This document shows, in pieces, positions 54,371 to 64,000 of a DNA stretch of 64,000 nucleotides; within the stretch, counting starts at the first letter, position 1, and each line of letters begins with the position of its first letter. The position numbers and the translations under genes were made by a program. The stretch covers positions 7,006,001 to 7,070,000 of the forward strand of contig OZ024751.1 of the NCBI GenBank assembly GCA_964016885.1. Direction: 5' to 3'. This stretch comes from Eledone cirrhosa. Taxonomy: Eukaryota. The notes beneath the pieces were generated by a model. The model saw only the letters and a list, made by a program, of their open reading frames with translations, did no database searches and was not told where the DNA came from.

Positions 54371-57209
54371 AAGATCAAAAGATGGTTAAAAGATTTCCAA
54401 GTATTTTATTAGGCGTATTTCAAAAACATATATCATCATGGGATGATATCTGCGTTTTCATCAGATAAAATAGGGCTACATGATATGAAGCTTAAAAATC
54501 ACTTGTGAATAGTGAAGTTTTAAATCAACATATGAAAAATAATATAAGATTGATGTATGAGATTGGGAAAAAGTGAGGAGAGGGTTGGAAAAGGTAAGGA
54601 AGAGGAGGAGTTGAGAGTAAAGAATGGTGGGGGAGGAGTATAAGAAGGAAGGGTGAGTGAGGAGGAGAGATGGGTGTTAGAGAGAGTGAGATAGCCTTTA
54701 CAACTGAGAAAAAAAATATATTGTCTCACAGAGAAAAGTTAAAAAACCGTTGGAAGATAATAGATAATTTAAAGCAAATTGAAATTAAAAGGTAATGAAG
54801 TTTATGCATGAAGAGAAAAGGGATTAAGAATAATATTAAATTAAGGTTTGTATATTGAAGGGTTTAATAATATGTGCGAGGAAAAGAAATTATTAATATG
54901 TATTATTAAAATAAAAATATTAATGTTATTAAGGATATAATGTAAAAAGAAATAGAAGAATGAATGAGTTATGAATTTAGAGGAATTAGTTAGTGTTTAA
55001 GTTTGTTTTTATGTAATGTAATATGTGTGCGTAATATATGTACGTAAATAGTTTGTTTAAAAATGAGCGCAGAAAGCAAAGAAGAATAGAATGTTTAAGG
55101 AAGAAAATATCTAACATCAAAAAATATATATGTTTACAAAATATTTTCTAATGGTAATAATATAATACATTAAAAGAAATTAGTTAGGGTTTAAGTTTGT
55201 TTTTATGTATTGTAATATGTAAAAGTCAAACGAGCATGAAAAGAAGAGATAAGTAATTTACGGAAGAAAAATCTAACGTAAAAAAAAATATTTATGTTTA
55301 CGAAGGACTATTAAAGGTAATACTATAATGTATTAAAACAAAAATTATAATTTTTATGGCCAATGATATGAAGAAAGATGGAAGAATGGATAATGTTGTG
55401 GTGAATAATAATAAGAATTGAGAAGTAGTTAGGAAGAAGAAGTACAGATTAGAGGTTAGAAATTAAAAAGAAAAGAGGAAAAAAGGAGAGTGATAAAGAG
55501 GAATGATATAGAATGAGTAACTTGTATTATATAATAAATAATACATAATATTGAAATAAGGTAGAAAGATGGGATTTTAAACTAGTAAGATATTAGATAT
55601 TAGCTGTATACTTTATGGAATTTTCCGTGGAATTTATGCAAGCAGAGAGAAAATAAATCAGTGCGTCTATTTATTATAGAATTGAAATTAGATATAATGA
55701 TACATTTCTCAGATAGACAAAGATTACATGTTCTGAATAGGGAGGCATTCGAGTAGGGAGAGGCAGAACAAACTTTTCTCCAAGAGATGTTATAGTTAAT
55801 ATTTTTGTTTTCAAGAACCATATGAGTTCTGAGAGTGCCGTGTTAATTCTTTAAGTTGGTATTTAAAAGACGAATTGTGATTATAAAATCTAGCTTTGAA
55901 GGAGGTGGAAGTGGAACCGAAATAGGTAAAGGAATTGGTATCAGTTATAACCTTACTTTCATAGACTAAGTTTTTATCAAGACAATGGTTATTGAGAGGA
56001 CATTTAGTTCTAACAGGGCAATTAAAATTGCGATTAGAGAAATTAACAGAGTTATTACCAAGTGACCTAGTGCTATTTATAGCAGGAATTGGATTTGAGA
56101 AATTATTTAGGATAGGAATAATAGTTTCCTGATTTAGATTGGTATTATGAACATTAAAGAAGTTACGTTTGACGTCATATTTGGGTTTGCAGAATCTAGC
56201 CTAGAGTTAACAATGACGTCGGGAGTACTATTACTATTATTATGTTGGAAGGAAGAGATTTAGTATTTAGTATTTTATTGTTGTGTTTAGAGATAATGTT
56301 GGAGATGTTGGAGGAGGTCGAATAGGAAAATGTTATAGTGTGGTTGTTAAATATTTTACTATAGATATGTGAGGGAGGGAAGCATTTATCTAAGGCCCTA
56401 AAGAATAGTTTAGGAATATTATTATTAATAGAAATAGCGAAAGGAGCATTATACGAAATTATGTTTTTGTATCTAGGTCTTTTATTTAAGTTATTGGAAT
56501 GATCATAATTAATTATTTTACTGTAAGACCTTCTAGGATTGGTTTCTTTACTGTATTTAATTTTATCAGGATAACCGGCTTTAGAAAGCGCGTTATTATA
56601 GTAATTGGCGTTAGCATCAAATATATTTTATTAGAGGATAGGTTTGATATTCTTTTTCCAATATTACTGACTATAGCATTTTTAATGTTAGTGGGGTGGT
56701 TAGATTTAAAATTAACATAATTTAGATTCTCATTGTGTTTATGGTAAGGGTAATATAGGTCAGTGTCAAGATTAAGGGATATATATCCAAGAAATTAGCT
56801 AGTTTAACGTTGTTATCAAATTCGATTTTAAGATTATGTTGCTTAAATAGATCACGTATATTGTTCTTAATAATATTAAGGTTAACTAAATTCCAATTTA
56901 AGATAGTAAAAAGTCAATCGTCACGATAAATTCCACCGCGAACTGAGGAATTTTCCGATTTAAAGAATTAAAAATAAAAATACCAATCAAATCAGTCAAT
57001 TGCGATGAATCGGAAGCACCCACTGTGATATCAAAGTTGTTGGAAGTATCGGCTCTAGTCCAGTATTCTTTCACATTATATCCTTAATAACATTAATATT
57101 TTTATTTTAATAATACATATTAATAATTTCATTTCCTCGCACATATTATTAAACCCTTCAATATACAAACCTTAATTTAATATTATTCTTAAACCCTTTT
57201 TCTCTTCAT
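54371..57209 (-). mobile_element. Degraded Hydra-like PLE (minus) with an HHR-bearing 3' end and a small inverted duplicate (57073-57209)
   Basis: Remnants NFDITVGASDSSQLTDLIG, GGIYRDD, CNLCLSEKCII..INRRTDLFSLCLH. 57073-57209 is the reverse complement of 54807-54943. Terminus at (TA)n. Confidence 0.88.
54402..54472 (-). ncRNA. Type I hammerhead ribozyme
   Basis: tattttat-CTGATGA-aaacgcagatatcat-cccatg-atgatatatgttttt-GAAA-tacgcc-TA-ataaaata. Stem III palindrome eroded relative to the 44648 copy. Confidence 0.68.
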
Positions 57210-57229
57210 TTATGGGTTAAATAACTACT

Positions 57230-60200
57230 CTATTCGAGTGGCGCCGGTAAGGTATTGTCAGCCATTGAAAGGAAATATGGAAAGAATATGTAACAGCACC
57301 AGGGTTAGAACCCCTAGTTAAACTGTCAAGGAGCAGTCTGGTCGTTAGGACTCTGTTGGTTTAGAGTCACAGCGAGTGCCTGTCGATGATGGATCAGCTA
57401 TCTCTGAGACAAATATAAAGAATGCAGTTTTGTCATGCAGAAGAGCCATCAAAATGGGCACTTTGAATGTGAGGACTATTCGGACCCTGGAGAAGAGAGA
57501 GGAGTTAGGACATCTGTTCGAGGAGAGTGGTATACAGATACTTGCGATCCAAGAAGACATGATCCTACACAATGAGCCCGTGAGGAGTGTGATGTTTGGG
57601 AAGATTAATCAGCTCATCACCACATCGGAAGTGAGGAACATTACCAATGCTGCTGTGGAAGGAGTGGGTTTTGTTTTCAGCACAAAAACCAGTCTATTTG
57701 TGAGGGAAATAATACCTGTCTCCCTGCGAATGTTGAGGGTTACTTTCAATGAAAACCCAAGACTGACACTCATCTGAGCCTATAGTCCAACTGAGGGAGA
57801 CAGTGATTTGAGTGCGGAAGATTTCCATGAGGGTGTGTGTAGAGCTGTCAACACCACACAAGCACACAACATCCTGCTTGTTTTGGGGGACTTCAATGCA
57901 CATCAGCGTAAGGAGGGCATTGAAGATCGTTGCTGGTACGTCCATAACAACACCAACCGAAATGGAAGACTACTGAGAGACACCCTGCTGGAGGCGAACT
58001 TGATAGCGACCAACCTAAGGTTTAGGGAGAATCTGGGGAAGATATGGACCTACATCTCAGATATGTACCTGTCCAAGTCCCAGATTGATTTCATTCTGGT
58101 GAGGAAAAAGTGGCGGAATAGGGTTCTGAACACAGAACCATACAACTATTTCAGTACACTGGGTAGTAACCACCGGCTTGTTATGATTGAGGTCCGCGTG
58201 AGCTTAACAAAGAGCAAGGCTCAGCCGCGGAGAGCAATCTATGACTGGGGAGCTTTCAAGGAAGATGATAAGCTACAGGAGAGGTTCACAGTGGAAGTGA
58301 GGAACAGGTTCAGTGCTCTGTGTGGAGAGACAGATGAGAGACAGATTGGATGGACTGAGGAGAGTGTGACGAGGAGGTACGGGCACTTCAACAATGCAGT
58401 GGCGGAAGCAGGTGAGATCCTGGTGCCGAGGAGAAAGAACAAAAGGAAGCACGTCAGCTCTGCAGACCCAAAAGTGTGTGCAGCCAGAGAACACCTGAAA
58501 GCTGCCAAGGACCAATTCTGTGCTGATCCTACGGAAGAGAGGATAGAGATTGTGGAGGTGATGAAGGGAAAACTCTGTACCGCTTACACTGAGGCCAAAG
58601 AGGAAGCACTGATAAAGAAGATCAGAAGTGTGGAGAGAGCGGTTGACAGGTCTGGATGTAAGGAGAGCTAGATTATCATCAACGAGATCATAGGGAGGAA
58701 GAGAAGGTGATCGAGTCAGATCCAGGGAACAGGGACTGAGGATAGGAAGAGGAAATGACTAGACCATTTTAGGACCCTACTAGGAGAATCGCCCTCCACA
58801 GCCTAGAGCACTGGGGAGATCAGGCGGCTGTTTGAAGAACATGATATTGAGACAAAGCCCTTCACCAGAGAGGAGCTTCAGAGAGCCAAGAAGAAGATAA
58901 AGGAGGGCAAGTCTCATGGAGAAGATTGAGAGGCATCAGAGGTGATGAAGAGGTGTGATTTTGATGATATCATCCTGGGGTTCTGTAACCAAGCACTGGA
59001 GAGAGGAGTTTCCCGAATCAGTGGAGGATCAGTAACATCGTCCCAGTGCTACAGAAGGGAGATCTCTCTAACACCAACAGCTACAGGGGGATCTCACTGA
59101 CGTCACTTGTGGCAAATACTCTCAACAGGATGATTCTTAACAGGATCCAGCCTGAAATCGAGAAGAAGCTCAGAGAGGGAAGATCTACCACCAGTCACAT
59201 CCTGATGATGAGGAGGATATTAGAGGGACCTAGAGCAAAGTGCCTTCTTGCGGTCATGGTTTTCATTGACTTTAGGAAATCCTTTGATTCTGTGGACCGT
59301 CACTGCCTAATCAAGATCTTACACGTTTATGGAATCCCCAAAAAGATAGTGGACCTGATATCACTGCTCTACACCAACACCAAAGCCCAAGTAATTACAC
59401 CTGATTGGGTGACAGAGTTCTTTGAAATACTGGCTGGAGATACTTTAGCTCCCTACCTTTTTATCATCGTAGTGGACTATTGTATGCACCTTGCGCTGGA
59501 GAAACACCAGGACTCTGGCTTTACTGTAGCACCGGCCCAGAGCAGGAGAGTAGGCGAAAAAAATATCGGATGCTGAATTTGCCGACGACATAGTTTTGGT
59601 GACAAATACAGTGAAGGAGGCAGAGTATTTGATGCAGGAGGTTGAAACTGTGTCGATGAGTGTGGGGCTCAGAATGAATGAGACTAAAACAAAATAGTTG
59701 GTAGAGAATGTTGAGAAGCCAGAGGGGTTCACTAATGTAGGCGGGAAGCCGCTAGAATTGGTTGAGGACTTCCTGTATTTGGTAGCAAAGATTGGAAATA
59801 CGGAAGATGATGTGGTTAAGTGGAAGAGCAAAGCCTGGGCGGCGTGCCGCAGCTTGAGATCGGTGTGGAAATCAGACCTTCGTAAAGACCTGGATGGGTG
59901 CTACACGAGAATGCTGAGGATGGCTCTGAACATTAATCAGTATACACTGAGGATGAAAATCTCAGAGCTGTATGGGAGCCTCCCAAAAGTTAGCTCAAAA
60001 GTGACTCAGAGGAGACTGTGGTTAGCTGGAGATGCTCACCGAAATCCAGAGTTGACATTGCGCACAGTGCTCCTGTGGGAGCCCCTACATGGAAACACTG
60101 GAATAGTAAGATCAAGGTTAACGTATGTTGATGCCCTAAGGACAGAAACTGGTCTGTTGTAGACGCAGGACATAGCAGCCATAATGAGGGACAGAGACCG

Positions 60201-60247
60201 CTGGAGAGAACTCGTCCATGGATCACGGGAATTTTACCCGCCCTAGA

Positions 60248-60248
<1 letters not shown>
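57230..60248 (+). mobile_element. Near full-length degenerate RTE-type LINE (APE endonuclease + RT pseudogene)
   Basis: GTLNVRT..ILAIQE, LVLGDFNA, SQIDFILV..SNHRLV (APE); KGDLSNTNSYRGISL, FIDFRKSFDSV, GDTLAPYLF, EFADD, EDFLYL (RT). Multiple stops and frameshifts; 3' end at (TA)n. Confidence 0.92.
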
Positions 60249-60287
<39 letters not shown>

Positions 60288-60294
<7 letters not shown>

Positions 60295-63217
60295 TAATTT
60301 AATATATCAACTAACATAAGCGCACAGATGCACGCCCATGCCAGCAAATACACAGGTTATGTCATAGTACCTAGGTGGTTCAATGCAGGAGAATGCAGAA
60401 CAATTGTTCTGCATTCTCCTGCATTGAACCACCTAGGTACTATGACATAACCTGTGTATTTGCTGGCATGGGCGTGCATCTGTGCGCTTATGTTAGTTGA
60501 TATATTAAATTATCTATATTTATCTCCAAATCACTGATTTGTCGAGCAAACTTGTCAAAACCACTTCTAAAAAAATTTTTTTTGGGGTGTTAGTAGGCGT
60601 CAGTCATCTTACCATCCCATTCCTTCTAACTAGCCTCTGTGTCACGTGATTGATTCTTTAGAATCGGCCATTTGACTTGAAGCAGTGAGAATTTCGGTAC
60701 ATTGAATTCAGTCCTCGCAAGCTGTTCGATCTACCGAATTATTATTATTTTTATATGAGCCGCCAGTGTCCGCGCATTGCCTGGAGACTTAACTGAGAAT
60801 AGACTTCCTGATGACGCAATGAATTCTCGACAGTTGGATTACATAACTGTCTTTATCCCATTGCAGAAACTAATTAGTTGGAGTGAAAATTTAAGTAAGA
60901 AAAAAATTTTTTTTTTTTTAAATTTTTTTTAAAGAAATATTTTCTTATTTTACGTCCTTTATATTATTGTTCTGCATTCTCCTGCATTGAACCACCTAGG
61001 TACTATGACATAACCTGTGTATTTGCTGGCATGGGCGTGCATCTGTGCGCTTATGTTAGTTGATATATTAAATTATCTATATTTATCTCCAAATCACTGA
61101 TTTGTCGAGCAAACTTGTCAAAACCACTTCTAAAAAAATTTTTTTTGGGGTGTTAGTAGGCGTCAGTCATCTTACCATCCCATTCCTTCTAACTAGCCTC
61201 TGTGTCACGTGATTGATTCTTTAGAATCGGCCATTTGACTTGAAGCAGTGAGAATTTCGGTACATTGAATTCAGTCCTCGCAAGCTGTTCGATCTACCGA
61301 ATTATTATTATTTTTATATGAGCCGCCAGTGTCCGCGCATTGCCTGGAGACTTAACTGAGAATAGACTTCCTGATGACGCAATGAATTCTCGACAGTTGG
61401 ATTACATAACTGTCTTTATCCCATTGCAGAAACTAATTAGTTGGAGTGAAAATTTAAGTAAGAAAAAAATTTTTTTTTTTTTTTTTTAAATTTTTTTTAA
61501 AGAAATATTTTCTTATTTTACGTCCTTTATATTATTGTTCTGCATTCTCCTGCATTGAACCACCTAGGTACTATGACATAACCTGTGTATTTGCTGGCAT
61601 GGGCGTGCATCTGTGCGCTTATGTTAGTTGATATATTAAATTATCTATATTTATCTCCAAATCACTGATTTGTCGAGCAAACTTGTCAAAACCACTTCTA
61701 AAAAAATTTTTTTTGGGGTGTTAGTAGGCGTCAGTCATCTTACCATCCCATTCCTTCTAACTAGCCTCTGTGTCACGTGATTGATTCTTTAGAATCGGCC
61801 ATTTGACTTGAAGCAGTGAGAATTTCGGTACATTGAATTCAGTCCTCGCAAGCTGTTCGATCTACCGAATTATTATTATTTTTATATGAGCCGCCAGTGT
61901 CCGCGCATTGCCTGGAGACTTAACTGAGAATAGACTTCCTGATGACGCAATGAATTCTCGACAGTTGGATTACATAACTGTCTTTATCCCATTGCAGAAA
62001 CTAATTAGTTGGAGTGAAAATTTAAGTAAGAAAAAAATTTTTTTTTTTAAATTTTTTTTAAAGAAATATTTTCTTATTTTACGTCCTTTATATTATTGTT
62101 CTGCATTCTCCTGCATTGAACCACCTAGGTACTATGACATAACCTGTGTATTTGCTGGCATGGGCGTGCATCTGTGCGCTTATGTTAGTTGATATATTAA
62201 ATTATCTATATTTATCTCCAAATCACTGATTTGTCGAGCAAACTTGTCAAAACCACTTCTAAAAAAATTTTTTTTGGGGTGTTAGTAGGCGTCAGTCATC
62301 TTACCATCCCATTCCTTCTAACTAGCCTCTGTGTCACGTGATTGATTCTTTAGAATCGGCCATTTGACTTGAAGCAGTGAGAATTTCGGTACATTGAATT
62401 CAGTCCTCGCAAGCTGTTCGATCTACCGAATTATTATTATTTTTATATGAGCCGCCAGTGTCCGCGCATTGCCTGGAGACTTAACTGAGAATAGACTTCC
62501 TGATGACGCAATGAATTCTCGACAGTTGGATTACATAACTGTCTTTATCCCATTGCAGAAACTAATTAGTTGGAGTGAAAATTTAAGTAAGAAAAAAATT
62601 TTTTTTTTTTAAATTTTTTTTAAAGAAATATTTTCTTATTTTACGTCCTTTATATTATTGTTCTGCATTCTCCTGCATTGAACCACCTAGGTACTATGAC
62701 ATAACCTGTGTATTTGCTGGCATGGGCGTGCATCTGTGCGCTTATGTTAGTTGATATATTAAATTATCTATATTTATCTCCAAATCACTGATTTGTCGAG
62801 CAAACTTGTCAAAACCACTTCTAAAAAAATTTTTTTTGGGGTGTTAGTAGGCGTCAGTCATCTTACCATCCCATTCCTTCTAACTAGCCTCTGTGTCACG
62901 TGATTGATTCTTTAGAATCGGCCATTTGACTTGAAGCAGTGAGAATTTCGGTACATTGAATTCAGTCCTCGCAAGCTGTTCGATCTACCGAATTATTATT
63001 ATTTTTATATGAGCCGCCAGTGTCCGCGCATTGCCTGGAGACTTAACTGAGAATAGACTTCCTGATGACGCAATGAATTCTCGACAGTTGGATTACATAA
63101 CTGTCTTTATCCCATTGCAGAAACTAATTAGTTGGAGTGAAAATTTAAGTAAGAAAAAAATTTTTTTTTTTTTTTTTTTTAAATTTTTTTTAAAGAAATA
63201 TTTTCTTATTTTACGTC

Positions 63218-63224
<7 letters not shown>
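60288..63224 (+). mobile_element. Five near-identical ~563 bp non-coding HHR monomers in tandem, preceded by a 116 bp spacerless inverted copy: retrozyme-like array
   Basis: Units start at 60404, 60967, 61535, 62096 and 62658 and appear to differ only in poly-T length. Palindrome centre gcagaacaa|ttgttctgc; (TA)n on both flanks. Confidence 0.93.
60803..60884 (+). ncRNA. Type I hammerhead ribozyme (identical copies at 61366-61447, 61934-62015, 62495-62576, 63057-63138)
   Basis: acttc-CTGATGA-c-gcaatg-aattctc-gacagtt-ggattacat-aactgtc-tttatcc-cattgc-a-GAAA-ctaattag-TT-ggagt. Palindromic stem III ACTAATTAGT, GUU triplet. Confidence 0.87.
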
Positions 63225-63263
<39 letters not shown>

Positions 63264-63319
63264 GTAGAACACTGGAAGGTAATATCCGTAGTGGTAGAGC
63301 ACTCAGTCCATGGGACGAG

Positions 63320-63468
63320 TTATGTAGAAGTGGTTACACAACAGTTAGTTCACCTTACCGAGAACAATTGCTTCACCTTAGCCGATCCATTACGAGCTGA
63401 GGCTCCGCTAAGGTGAAACAATTGTTCTCGGTATGGTGAACTACCTGTTGTGTAACAACTTCTATATA
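63320..63468. mobile_element. Small fold-back with a minimal HHR (63393-63430, plus)
   Basis: cgag-CTGAGGC-t-cc-gctaa-gg-t-GAAA-caattg-TT-ctcg. The inverted arm reads ggatc at the same position, implying an ancestral CTGAGGA core. Confidence 0.62.
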
Positions 63469-63481
63469 TGTATATATGTAT

Positions 63482-63876
63482 ATACAATATGTTGAAAAGG
63501 TAACACACTAGAGAGAGATACAGTGCGCAATAAATAAAACAGGGAAAAACCACCACTGTATAGAATATATAACCTATGGAAGGCAGAATATAGACACGAT
63601 AATCAAAAATATAAATTAAAGCGTAAATAAATACATCTATAACTATATAACACACGTACAAATCCAAAGTGATCTGTTTCGCCAGTAAGTTGTTGACGGA
63701 AATAATATAACCCAGATTATAGAGGTATTTATTTACGCTTTAATTTATATTTTTAATTATCATGTCTATATTCTGCCTTCCATAGGTTATGGATTCCATA
63801 CACCGGTGGTTTTACCCTGTTTTATTGATGGCACACTGTATCTCTCTCTAGTGTGTTACATTTTCAACATATTGTA
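63482..63876. repeat. ~155 bp inverted repeat around an ~85 bp spacer, probably a folded PLE terminus
   Basis: 63482-63632 versus 63718-63876. The spacer on the minus strand contains the 3' half of an HHR (GAAA-cagatc-actttg-gatttg-TA). Confidence 0.65.
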
Positions 63877-64000
63877 TTTTAAAGTGCCCAGGATTTCTTC
63901 TCCTGTGAGCACATTATTTACAGGGAACGGCGTCAATGTATCGTGTTATTTCTCTCCTTATAACAGTCTTTCTCCTCTCTCTCTGTTTGGTTGAGCACCC

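Noticed and set aside
61908-62192. 94 aa ORF MPGDLTENRLPDDAMNSRQ.. in the tandem array
   Set aside because: Non-ATG start, and the frame depends on a variable poly-T tract that differs among units; it overlaps the ribozyme.

Overview
AT-rich eukaryotic (animal) repeat-dense DNA with no confidently identifiable intact host gene. The SINE types and extreme (TA)n density suggest a coleoid cephalopod such as Octopus (inference). The window is dominated by Penelope-like retroelements (PLEs: RT plus C-terminal GIY-YIG) of several families. Most are truncated or folded back on themselves, and almost all sit in (TA)n microsatellites. Reading both strands by eye I find about 35 complete or near-complete type I hammerhead ribozyme (HHR) motifs. 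They mostly have self-complementary stem III, often lack the usual G10.1-C11.1 pair, sometimes carry 50-100 nt structured insertions in stem II, and one family has a U3-A8 core. Several HHRs lie in purely non-coding, tandemly repeated units (about 525/563 bp, 1004 bp, 1305 bp) that look like large animal retrozymes: non-autonomous, PLE-mobilised, potentially circRNA-forming elements. Also present are two RTE-type LINEs, a Tigger/pogo DNA transposon, a non-autonomous Helitron, Meta-type and CORE-like tRNA SINEs, and micro/minisatellites. All structures were derived by hand; none were computed.
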